From a virus (Duplodnaviria > Caudoviricetes): a stretch of DNA of 44,272 nucleotides. Under the pieces are notes generated by a model that did not search any database, was not told the origin of the DNA, and worked only from the letters and a program-made list of their open reading frames with translations. The stretch spans positions 1-44,272 of the IMG/VR virus record IMGVR_UViG_3300049023_000021; one strand, written 5' to 3'. Every line of letters starts with the position of its first letter. Position 1 is the first letter of the stretch. The position numbers and the translations under genes were made by a program. Shown piece by piece: positions 35,587-42,992 of this stretch.

Positions 35587-35598
35587 TTGCGTTCCTTT

Positions 35599-35641
35599 CC
35601 GGTTCGGTTCAAACCATAGTGGCAAACCGAACCGGTGTCAC
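35599..35641 (-). promoter_or_regulatory. putative promoter inside an 11-bp inverted repeat
   Basis: GTGACA-17 nt-TATGGT; CCGGTTCGGTT (35599-35609) / AACCGAACCGG (35625-35635). Confidence 0.5.
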
Positions 35642-35650
35642 CTACAAGTT

Positions 35651-36133
35651 TTAGCGCCCCGAGGGAACAATGGGCCAAACGTACCACTTGAGAACGTCAA
35701 CGGCTTCCAACCACCCGACGGCCACTTTCGCAGCGTATCCGGCTTCGTTGAGGTAGGTAATCCATTCCTCTTGGTCGGTGCTTGTGTCTTCCTTGCGCTT
35801 TCGCTTAAGTTCGATGAACAGCCCGGCCCAATGATCCACCACGAGCGGAAGCATCATATCGGGAACACCCGATTTAACACCTTCAGCCTTCGCGCGGTTG
35901 CCCCGGATCGCGTCGCCGTGACCTTGGTTATGGATCGCGAACAGCTTCTTCAGTGCTGGAATGGTGTAGGAATTGCCGTGAGTGCTGCGCAAGGCGTCGC
36001 GCGTGCGGTAGTCGTAGGCTTCCGGCTGGTCGGCCCAGGCTATGCCGTACAGTGCGGCACAATTGGCCCAGGCCATCACGGCGCGTTGGTGTGCATGTTC
36101 GGTGCCAGATGCGGCGAGTTCGTGCGGGGTCAT
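35651..36133 (-). CDS. VRR-NUC domain nuclease
   Basis: EHAHQ, KAEGVKSGVPD, LFIELK, QEEWITYL..AGY. Confidence 0.88.
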   Translation of the reverse strand: MTPHELAASGTEHAHQRAVMAWANCAALYGIAWADQPEAYDYRTRDALRSTHGNSYTIPALKKLFAIHNQGHGDAIRGNRAKAEGVKSGVPDMMLPLVVDHWAGLFIELKRKRKEDTSTDQEEWITYLNEAGYAAKVAVGWLEAVDVLKWYVWPIVPSGR

Positions 36134-36187
36134 GTGGGAACCTCAAAAGGTGAACCCCGCTCACGTTTGCAAGCGGGGTTGATTGGG

Positions 36188-36640
36188 TCAGGTCAGCGAC
36201 GCAACCGAGGTGTCGGGGATGCCGAAGCTAACCGACAACATACCGGCTTCACCGCGAAGCGTTTCGGCGTTCTTGTTGCTGTACACGAGATTGCGGATCG
36301 GAACCGCAACCGAGTTGCCGCCCTTGTCAACACCGGCCAGCATGAGGCGAACCGCCTTCGTGGTCGTGTCGCGTGCGACATAGACCGAGACCAGACGCGC
36401 AAAGTTCTTCGTCATGGCTTCGTAGTTCTTGCACGCGTCCTGAAGATCGGCAATCGTCGCGTTCTTCGTGTTGATGATTTCGCTGTTGTGGCGCCGTTCC
36501 CGTTCGATATCCTTGCGCATCCGGCTGATTTCCAGGTCGGCGGCTGCAAGGTTGGTGTCGAGCGTTACCGCGTGGTTATGAACGTCGGTCAAAATGACCT
36601 GCGGCACGTAACCGAGAGAACGCATAATTCTATCAAGCAT
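36188..36640 (-). CDS. hypothetical coiled-coil protein
   Basis: 150 aa, GGAG RBS. Confidence 0.7.
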   Translation of the reverse strand: MLDRIMRSLGYVPQVILTDVHNHAVTLDTNLAAADLEISRMRKDIERERRHNSEIINTKNATIADLQDACKNYEAMTKNFARLVSVYVARDTTTKAVRLMLAGVDKGGNSVAVPIRNLVYSNKNAETLRGEAGMLSVSFGIPDTSVASLT

Positions 36641-36645
36641 CGGGG

Positions 36646-36978
36646 TTACTCCTGTTTCGTTGGACTGGATATTGTATACTCGCTTTCCGCACGTAACGCA
36701 AGCCGGTAACCGACTGTTTTACGCGTTTCGATAACGTGACGGCCCAAACGCTTCCTAATGCGCGCAACCTGTACGTCAATCGAATTTCGTTGGCTGGCTT
36801 TGTCTTCGCCTGCCCACAATGCACGGGCAAGCTCACCGCTCGAAACGTAATGGCCGGGCCGCTCTGACAGCACCGTTACAAGCTCTTGTTGTTGCGGGGT
36901 CAGGGTAGCAAAGCCCGGTACGATGTGTTGCGGCGATATCTCGACGCCGCAACCAGGGCAACAAAAGAGCCGCGCCAT
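36646..36978 (-). CDS. OmpR/PhoB-type winged-helix DNA-binding protein without receiver domain
   Basis: LTPQQQELVTVL...ELARALW...SIDVQVARIRKRL...IETRKTVGYRL; N-terminal CPGCG. Confidence 0.82.
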   Translation of the reverse strand: MARLFCCPGCGVEISPQHIVPGFATLTPQQQELVTVLSERPGHYVSSGELARALWAGEDKASQRNSIDVQVARIRKRLGRHVIETRKTVGYRLALRAESEYTISSPTKQE

Positions 36979-37385
36979 TAGGTCAAATCGATTTCGTTCA
37001 GATCGATAGCAACGCGCACCTCGTTGTTGAAGGTCGCGACTATCCGCTTTTTCATTTCATCGGGCAACGCCGGGTCATCGTGGATCGGATACAGGCCGTT
37101 GACCGTCGAGGTGATCGCGGCGCGCATCTGACGACGTTCTTCAACGAGTTCGTCAATGCGCCGGGTCAAGTCCTTTTCTGCGGCAACGTAATTGTCGTTC
37201 GCCTTCAGGTACGTTTCCGCAACGCGAACGATCATGGGCGCGGGTTCGGCCTTAGCCGGTGCCGGGCGATAGTTCGGGGCGGGGTTCTCCGCAATCTCGC
37301 GCGCCCGGTTTTCCAGGTGCTCCGCAATCTCGTCGGTCGGGTGACGCGCGTCGGTGCCGCGCAACAGTTTGGTAATGTAGCTCAT
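36978..37385 (-). CDS. hypothetical protein
   Basis: AAAGGA RBS before ATG 37385; TAATG coupling to the next gene. Confidence 0.7.
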   Translation of the reverse strand: MSYITKLLRGTDARHPTDEIAEHLENRAREIAENPAPNYRPAPAKAEPAPMIVRVAETYLKANDNYVAAEKDLTRRIDELVEERRQMRAAITSTVNGLYPIHDDPALPDEMKKRIVATFNNEVRVAIDLNEIDLT

Positions 37386-37418
37386 AACGGGGGTTCCTTT
37401 CATGTCCGTTGCAACTTA

Positions 37419-37447
37419 ACGCTAGATGAACGCGCCCGACCTGTCAA
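37419..37447 (-). promoter_or_regulatory. sigma70-like promoter
   Basis: TTGACA (37447-37442), 17-nt spacer, TAGCGT (37424-37419). Confidence 0.65.
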
Positions 37448-37710
37448 GGCTCGCGATTGAGCTTGTGCGCCGTAAGCATCTGAAGCGTGATCGCTAAGTG
37501 ACCAATGACGGTCGCGTCGCCGGGGTGATCGCCATAGATGAAGAAATCCGGCCAATCTTCCCCAGGCGGTTCGGGTATGACGACGTAAACCGTGCCCCCG
37601 TGCTCGTGCGTGCCCGCTTCGATATGGTCGGCAAGGTAACGCAGTTGCGCCGGTATGTCGTTCAGGGGCGGGCCGTCGTGTAATGTTATTACATTTCCTT
37701 TCTCGGTCAT
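37444..37710 (-). CDS. hypothetical protein
   Basis: 88 aa, ATGA-coupled. Confidence 0.7.
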   Translation of the reverse strand: MTEKGNVITLHDGPPLNDIPAQLRYLADHIEAGTHEHGGTVYVVIPEPPGEDWPDFFIYGDHPGDATVIGHLAITLQMLTAHKLNREP

Positions 37711-37949
37711 TCGATAGCCCTCAACATTCGCGGGTAGGCAAACGCGGCGGCGCTGTCTTCGTCGGGTACGAGAACGATAATGTAATCTTCGCCCCCGCTA
37801 GAAATCCCCGGCATTTTGCCGCCGTTCGCGTGCTTGATCGCTTCCCGGTCAACTTCCAGGGTGTGCGGGAATACCCCGCGCCCCGCATACTTCCACTTCC
37901 CGCCGGGCTTGAAGTAAAGGTAAGTGCAATCGTGGTTCTCAGTACTCAT
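37707..37949 (-). CDS. hypothetical protein
   Basis: 80 aa, YFKPGGKWKY...MPGI...AYPRML; ATGA-coupled. Confidence 0.7.
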   Translation of the reverse strand: MSTENHDCTYLYFKPGGKWKYAGRGVFPHTLEVDREAIKHANGGKMPGISSGGEDYIIVLVPDEDSAAAFAYPRMLRAIE

Positions 37950-38779
37950 TGTTTCCCATACGCCCCCTTGAGGTTGTAGACAGTGCGAACGGTCGAAGCA
38001 CGCAGCCCCGAGCGCTCGCGCACCGGGAATGTGAAATCATACGCCGCGTCGTGTTCGAATTGTCCCCACACTATATCGATGCGTTCGGCGGCGGCTTCTT
38101 CGGTCTCGTAAGGACCGGCGAGCACGGTATAAAGCACCGTGCCGAAGTAAACGACGTACCACGGGCCATCGGTTTCGCTGTAGGTATCGACCGCAGCGGT
38201 GCGGACTTCCTCAACTTCCGCAGCGACCGCAGCCTTAACGGCCTCACCCATCGGGCCGGGCCAATTGTCGGCGGTCGGTTCCGGCCAAGCTGCGGCGGAT
38301 ACACCGGACCAATCACCGCCCGGCTCTATGTGCGCTTCGTCAATGTAGGTCAACGTAACCTTCGCACCGGCAAAGGGTGAAGTGTCGGGCGCGATCTTCT
38401 CCCATTCATCATGCGCGGTCTGCACCCAACCTTTCGCGGCGAGTTCTTCCGGCGTGCTGTCGATTGTCGCGGGCGTGGGGTCAATCCGCTTGGCATAAGG
38501 CCACGTGTCGGAACGCTCGTACTTGGCCGGTTCTTCCGCCACTGCGTCAACGGCAACAACTGACCCGTCGATGATCTGCGGTACGAGTTCGGCCCGGTGC
38601 TCGTGAACAACCGTCTTGCCAAAGTCGGGCGACATGATCGTTTCCAGGGCGCGCGAAAGCTGACTTTGCGTCGGCTTCGCAACCTGTTGATGATCCGGCC
38701 AAACGGTCGTGGCCTGTTGCGCGCCGGATATCTTCGCCAATTCTTCCGGGGTGATCGGCTTACCCCAATCGTTACTCAT
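37946..38779 (-). CDS. acidic hypothetical protein
   Basis: ~277 aa; AAGGA RBS and TAATG coupling at 38779. Confidence 0.7.
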   Translation of the reverse strand: MSNDWGKPITPEELAKISGAQQATTVWPDHQQVAKPTQSQLSRALETIMSPDFGKTVVHEHRAELVPQIIDGSVVAVDAVAEEPAKYERSDTWPYAKRIDPTPATIDSTPEELAAKGWVQTAHDEWEKIAPDTSPFAGAKVTLTYIDEAHIEPGGDWSGVSAAAWPEPTADNWPGPMGEAVKAAVAAEVEEVRTAAVDTYSETDGPWYVVYFGTVLYTVLAGPYETEEAAAERIDIVWGQFEHDAAYDFTFPVRERSGLRASTVRTVYNLKGAYGKQ

Positions 38780-39039
38780 TACAACCATTCCTTCGTTGCG
38801 TTGATAAGTCCTGCGAACGTGACGCGGTGCGTGTGCGCAAGTTCGGGCGAAATGCTATCGCGAACCCGCAACAGATGCAATTGCATCATGTGCGAAATCG
38901 TCATTGCCATAATATAGCTTGTCTGCTTGTCGGTAACGAAACCGTCTTGCCTGAGCATATCAGCGACCACGGCGTTTGCTCGCGTCGCGTAGTCGATGGC
39001 GACCTTAGTAAGCTCGCTTGCTTCTGTCTCGTCGCTCAT
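38779..39039 (-). CDS. hypothetical protein
   Basis: 86 aa, coupled on both sides. Confidence 0.65.
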   Translation of the reverse strand: MSDETEASELTKVAIDYATRANAVVADMLRQDGFVTDKQTSYIMAMTISHMMQLHLLRVRDSISPELAHTHRVTFAGLINATKEWL

Positions 39040-39140
39040 AGCACGGTCACCAAAAACAGACCGAACAGCGCGAGGCCGAAGACCAAAGCGCCGTTAGTGA
39101 ATTGCTTCTGACGATATGCGACAAATTCACGTTCGTTCAT
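39036..39140 (-). CDS. 34-aa membrane peptide
   Basis: Below the ORF-track cutoff: MNEREFVAYRQKQFTNGALVFGLALFGLFLVTVL; AAGGGA RBS, ATGA overlaps at both ends. Confidence 0.7.
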   Translation of the reverse strand: MNEREFVAYRQKQFTNGALVFGLALFGLFLVTVL

Positions 39141-39388
39141 GGCGGTATCCCTTTCGTAATCGTGTTACGTAACAGATACTCGCAAGCGGGGTACGCGTCA
39201 AGGTGCCCGCACACTTTCACCTCTTCAATGTAGGTCATAGCGTTAACAAATATCTGCGCAAGGTCGGCGTTCTCGAAATCCCCGAGCCATGCCCCGCCGC
39301 GTGTAACTTGCCAGTGCGTATTACTCGTGCGGCGTATCGCGGTCGCAGGGTGTGGCACCATTTCGATAAGGTAGGGAACGGCCATCAC
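39137..39388 (-). CDS. hypothetical protein
   Basis: 83 aa, coupled. Confidence 0.65.
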   Translation of the reverse strand: MMAVPYLIEMVPHPATAIRRTSNTHWQVTRGGAWLGDFENADLAQIFVNAMTYIEEVKVCGHLDAYPACEYLLRNTITKGIPP

Positions 39389-39609
39389 AACACCCCATTG
39401 TCAAAGGTGTGCCCGACCAGTTCATGCACGTTGCCGATGCGCTGAAGCCCGCACGCGAGCACGAGCTTAGCAAACTGGTCTCTGCCCGACTGCGTGCCTA
39501 AATCGTAATCGTAGGTCGGGCATGTGCTATGTGCTATCGGGCTGGTCGAATGCGTGATGACCTTCGTAAACAGGCCGTCGCAATAGATAGCGGCAATCTT
39601 GAGTTTCAT
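39385..39609 (-). CDS. hypothetical protein
   Basis: 74 aa, coupled. Confidence 0.65.
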   Translation of the reverse strand: MKLKIAAIYCDGLFTKVITHSTSPIAHSTCPTYDYDLGTQSGRDQFAKLVLACGLQRIGNVHELVGHTFDNGVL

Positions 39610-39785
39610 CCTAGTAGCCTTTCGAGTGCGTGGCGCTTAATAGCCTTACGGACTTCCGCAGCCGTGCGCAAGGGCTTCCACCCGAGCGACTTTCGGTTTG
39701 TGAAGACATGGTAAAAGCCCGGCGTTCCCCTCACGATGTAAAGGAAACCGTGGGCACGAATGAAGCGGTCACGAAACTTATTCAT
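39606..39785 (-). CDS. small basic hypothetical protein
   Basis: MNKFRDRF..., coupled. Confidence 0.6.
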   Translation of the reverse strand: MNKFRDRFIRAHGFLYIVRGTPGFYHVFTNRKSLGWKPLRTAAEVRKAIKRHALERLLG

Positions 39786-39960
39786 CGCTAAACATCCAAA
39801 AGAACGCAAAGCGCGCACGGTCGTAATTATAGCGCGATGCGAGTTGATACCTCACGGCGGCTTCGTAATCCCCCGCGTCTCGTGCAGCGCGCGAAGCCCT
39901 AGCCCATCGCGCCCCGTGGTCTTGATGCATCAAAGCGCGTTGTTTGAACCGCTCATTCAT
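39778..39960 (-). CDS. small Ala/Arg-rich early protein (paralog family)
   Basis: GGGAG RBS; AAVRYQLASRYNYDRAR motif. Confidence 0.65.
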   Translation of the reverse strand: MNERFKQRALMHQDHGARWARASRAARDAGDYEAAVRYQLASRYNYDRARFAFFWMFSDE

Positions 39961-40403
39961 CGCGTATACTCCCAATAGCCATAGACGCAGCGGGTTCCCC
40001 CGCGTGAACAATCATGCGTATCATACAGAACGCCGTCAATGACTGCGGCGTAATGGCCGGAAAGACAGACAACGAGCCGTCCAGGGGGCAACTCGTCAGA
40101 ACGCAGATGCACTTTGCACCCACTGCCCACACTCATGCAGGCGACCCAAACGAACCCGAGCGAAATCATGTAGCGCTTGAACCACACCGTATCAGTGTAA
40201 ACGCCGTTGCGGGCGGATCGCTTACCGGCGTCGGGTCGGCGCTTGCTCTTGCGCATGGTCGCCATTCCATCGGCCAAAGCCGCATACACTTCAGCATAGG
40301 GCTTATCGGCTGCGATAGCAATAGACCGACAAACGCAGTCGCCCGCACTTCCGAAGAACCCGGAAGCGTGGCGCCCGCCGTCGTGGTGTACGTGCTGTAT
40401 CAT
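39957..40403 (-). CDS. hypothetical protein with possible Cys-His-Asp (C39/papain-like) triad
   Basis: AGDCVCRSIAIA...SGHYAAVIDGVLYDT. Confidence 0.65.
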   Translation of the reverse strand: MIQHVHHDGGRHASGFFGSAGDCVCRSIAIAADKPYAEVYAALADGMATMRKSKRRPDAGKRSARNGVYTDTVWFKRYMISLGFVWVACMSVGSGCKVHLRSDELPPGRLVVCLSGHYAAVIDGVLYDTHDCSRGGTRCVYGYWEYTR

Positions 40404-40591
40404 CCGCGTTCCACCATGAGCATGATCGTAACAGCAATACGAGCCGCGCGGTACTGGATCGCGGCGAGCCGCTGATATTCGGCGGCAAGCGTTGGCATGT
40501 TAAGCCGCATAGCTTCGCAGGCGTTTGCAGCCATTAGGCGCGCGTCTTGCTGAAGCTCAATAGCCGCTAGGCGTTCGGATGAAATGTGCAT
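40400..40591 (-). CDS. small Ala-rich early protein (paralog family)
   Basis: First gene after a promoter, GGGAG RBS; AAEYQRLAAIQYRAAR. Confidence 0.7.
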   Translation of the reverse strand: MHISSERLAAIELQQDARLMAANACEAMRLNMPTLAAEYQRLAAIQYRAARIAVTIMLMVERG

Positions 40592-40619
40592 TTGCGTTAC
40601 TCCCGTTGTTCATGAAAGT

Positions 40620-40648
40620 AACCTAACCCCGTTAACGGTCAATGTCAA
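40620..40648 (-). promoter_or_regulatory. early sigma70-like promoter
   Basis: TTGACA (40648-40643), 17-nt spacer, TAGGTT (40625-40620). Confidence 0.8.
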
Positions 40649-40678
40649 CGGGGTTGGTGAATGATAGTTACGCAATTG

Positions 40679-40888
40679 TTAACCGGCGCTGACCCGCAGG
40701 ATCGCAAGGATATCGTGTGCATGTTTCGACGCCTCTTCGCGGGTCATGGTCAGCCGCTGCGTCGAGCCGTTGGCGAACGTGAACGCAACGTGCAACGGCT
40801 CTTCGTGGCCGGTATCGTACACGATCCGCTGTTTGACCGGCTCAACGTGCCGCGTGTGGCGGCTCATGGGTTTGGGGTGCATCTTCAT
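40679..40888 (-). CDS. hypothetical protein
   Basis: GAGGG RBS before ATG 40888. Confidence 0.6.
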   Translation of the reverse strand: MKMHPKPMSRHTRHVEPVKQRIVYDTGHEEPLHVAFTFANGSTQRLTMTREEASKHAHDILAILRVSAG

Positions 40889-40898
40889 AACGTAGCCC

Positions 40899-41126
40899 TC
40901 ATGGTGTTGTGTTTGCTGCGGCTTGCCGAACGGCGAGCCACTGAACGGCCTGTTTACGTGTCGGCCCATCCCCCAGGAACACACCCCGTCTTGTCAGGGC
41001 TTCCCAACGAACGCGAGTACCGCGCACGGTCCAATCTTCAACGCGGCGAACACGACCGGCGTAAGAGCCATTAATCTCGACGCGATAGAAGCCTTCTTGT
41101 TTGAAAAACTCAACACGCTGCGTCAT
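40899..41126 (-). CDS. hypothetical protein
   Basis: 75 aa, GGGAG RBS, follows a promoter. Confidence 0.7.
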   Translation of the reverse strand: MTQRVEFFKQEGFYRVEINGSYAGRVRRVEDWTVRGTRVRWEALTRRGVFLGDGPTRKQAVQWLAVRQAAANTTP

Positions 41127-41153
41127 GTGCCTAACTCCCTTGTTGATGTACGT

Positions 41154-41182
41154 AACATAGCTACGTAATCAACGCGCGTCAA
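41154..41182 (-). promoter_or_regulatory. early sigma70-like promoter
   Basis: TTGACG (41182-41177), 17-nt spacer, TATGTT (41159-41154). Confidence 0.75.
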
Positions 41183-41280
41183 TACCCGGTCGCATTCGTT
41201 CGCGATAATTCAGCATCCCGACCGAGTGACGGTTAACAGGACGATAACGGCCTTTCTTCATTGGTCGGGGGTGTGGCGAG

Positions 41281-41598
41281 CTACGAGAAAACCGATAGCG
41301 CCATTTCCCCCGGTGTGTCATGTGCTCGCGCCACATTATCCAAAGCTCCCACCATGCCCGAGTGCCCGGCACGAATACGCTGTTGCGCTTGTTCATTGAT
41401 TGCCTCACTGAAGTTAACACCAACCCATTCGGCCAACCATGCAGGCATTGGCCCGTCAATCGGTAATAGCCAGGATCGCAGATTGTCGAACCCGAGCGGG
41501 TCGGGTAAGCCGAACAAGCGCACCCCGGCTTGGTAGGGTACGCCGTCGCAGAAGATCACGTAACCCCGCGCCGTGTCGGTGTTAACGTCGTACCTCAT
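41281..41598 (-). CDS. hypothetical protein
   Basis: ATGA-coupled start at 41598 (MRYDVNTD...), GAAGG RBS. Confidence 0.6.
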   Translation of the reverse strand: MRYDVNTDTARGYVIFCDGVPYQAGVRLFGLPDPLGFDNLRSWLLPIDGPMPAWLAEWVGVNFSEAINEQAQQRIRAGHSGMVGALDNVARAHDTPGEMALSVFS

Positions 41599-41906
41599 GG
41601 GGAACCTTCGTCGGCTATACGCTGCTCGCACGCGCAACAGATATCAGTCAAGCCGTCGTTGTCATGCACCCCACCGCAGATCGCGCACGGGTCAGGGGGT
41701 CGGCGTCCTTCCATCTTGTCGCGCACGCGCTGAAGGGCTGCAATAATTGCTTCCGCTTCGTGCTGCGGTTCCGGCCCGCGCAAGAGCGTTGCCTCTTCAC
41801 TTTCAAGGCTCGCAACCGGCCCGAACAGTTCGCCTGTAGCGTCGCGGATCATGCGCAACGCAGCGGCGTAAGGCTCGACGGCTGAACGGTAGTCTTCCGG
41901 GGTCAT
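41595..41906 (-). CDS. hypothetical protein with C-terminal CxxC...CxxC
   Basis: MTPEDYR...CAICGG...CCAC; ATGA-coupled. Confidence 0.65.
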   Translation of the reverse strand: MTPEDYRSAVEPYAAALRMIRDATGELFGPVASLESEEATLLRGPEPQHEAEAIIAALQRVRDKMEGRRPPDPCAICGGVHDNDGLTDICCACEQRIADEGSP

Positions 41907-41986
41907 AGCGCCACCCATACGTAAAGCCCGACCGGAATGCCGATCAGGACCAGGAACAGCACGAAAAGGTTAAGGTCGTCGTTCAT
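41903..41986 (-). CDS. 27-aa membrane peptide
   Basis: Below the ORF-track cutoff: MNDDLNLFVLFLVLIGIPVGLYVWVAL; ATGA overlaps at both ends. Confidence 0.7.
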   Translation of the reverse strand: MNDDLNLFVLFLVLIGIPVGLYVWVAL

Positions 41987-42198
41987 TTGTGCGCGTCCCA
42001 TCCTAAGCCTTCGCCGTCGCCGTCCAGGTCGTCAAACTCGCGTAGGCCGTAGCCCCGAGGGTTGACTAGGTTATGATAGCCATCCTTGCACCGTTGGCAA
42101 CAGAACCGGGCGTTCTTGTGCTTGTGATCGATTGACCGGCTGCACCCCGCGCAAAGGCGGGGCGTATGGCTTCGCTTCTTCGGTCGGGTCATGTTCAC
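41983..42198 (-). CDS. small zinc-finger-like protein
   Basis: CAGC...ARFCCQRCK. Confidence 0.65.
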   Translation of the reverse strand: MNMTRPKKRSHTPRLCAGCSRSIDHKHKNARFCCQRCKDGYHNLVNPRGYGLREFDDLDGDGEGLGWDAHK

Positions 42199-42428
42199 CC
42201 CCTGCCCACAATATCAGCGGCGCGGCGCAAGTCCTGTTTCGCCTTAGCCCATTCGGTTGCCCGGCGTGCCATTTCGTAATGGCCGTTCGCAAGCCGCTGC
42301 ATGGCCGACGCATGGATAGACCACGACGGCCCGAGGTCTGCATATTCGCGCGCCCTTGCCGCAAGTTCTGCGGCTTGTGCCTGAAGCACGCGGGCGACGT
42401 CAATCATTGGTGTAAGTTGTTCACGCAT
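42195..42428 (-). CDS. small Ala-rich early protein (paralog family)
   Basis: GGAGG RBS; ASAMQRLANGHYEMARR. Confidence 0.7.
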   Translation of the reverse strand: MREQLTPMIDVARVLQAQAAELAARAREYADLGPSWSIHASAMQRLANGHYEMARRATEWAKAKQDLRRAADIVGRG

Positions 42429-42627
42429 CGGTCAAATCCTCCCCGTGCTCGTTTACAAGCCCTTCGCTGTAATCAATCCAGTAACGAAGGGTCTGAACGC
42501 TGTAGCCAGACTGAGCGGCCAAGTCCTGCACGGTCAGATCAACGCGGTCGCAGAAGTCGGCATAGGTCACGCCCATCATGTTAAGGGCGATAGTGACATG
42601 AGCGAGATTTGCAATCTTGTTGGTCAT
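42421..42627 (-). CDS. small early protein, possible HTH
   Basis: GAAGGA RBS before ATG 42627; LTVQDLAAQSGYSVQTLRYWI. Confidence 0.68.
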   Translation of the reverse strand: MTNKIANLAHVTIALNMMGVTYADFCDRVDLTVQDLAAQSGYSVQTLRYWIDYSEGLVNEHGEDLTDA

Positions 42628-42657
42628 TTGCGTTGTCCTTCCGTTGTTCATGCACTC

Positions 42658-42686
42658 AATCTAGCGAACGCAATCGTCAATGTCAA
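42658..42686 (-). promoter_or_regulatory. early sigma70-like promoter
   Basis: TTGACA (42686-42681), 17-nt spacer, TAGATT (42663-42658). Confidence 0.8.
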
Positions 42687-42772
42687 TCGTTATCGTTACG
42701 TTTTGTCGATTACATACGTCGATTACGTCTCTTAGGTTACTAAACCCTTTACTACCCCTTATATAGACCCTC

Positions 42773-42979
42773 CATTTTAATAATCATTTTAATAGAGAAA
42801 TCCTTATTTTCCAGGGTGTTTAATAAGTTTAATGGTTTAACGATGAAATTGAAACACGTTGTTACTATATAACACCCCCCGAGGGGGAGAGGGGGCGGAC
42901 CCCCATTAAAACGTTAAACTCTATTAAACTCTTGAAATCATTGAGCTTTACCATTAAAGTGATTATTAAAATGCGTTAA
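42773..42979. repeat. AT-rich, dyad-symmetric non-coding element (candidate replication origin)
   Basis: 23-bp inverted arms 42773-42795 and 42951-42973 (2 mismatches); TTTAA units on the left, TTAAA on the right; G/C-run centre. Confidence 0.65.
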
Positions 42980-42992
42980 ACAGCCCTAACGG

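Noticed and set aside
41169-41459. 96-aa ORF overlapping 41281-41598
   Set aside because: Large overlap with a better-coupled ORF and no clear RBS; a shorter 3' portion might be real but cannot be supported.
42773-42979. CtrA boxes (TTAA-N7-TTAA)
   Set aside because: Spacings between adjacent TTAA units within the clusters are 4, 5, 6 or 8 nt, never 7.
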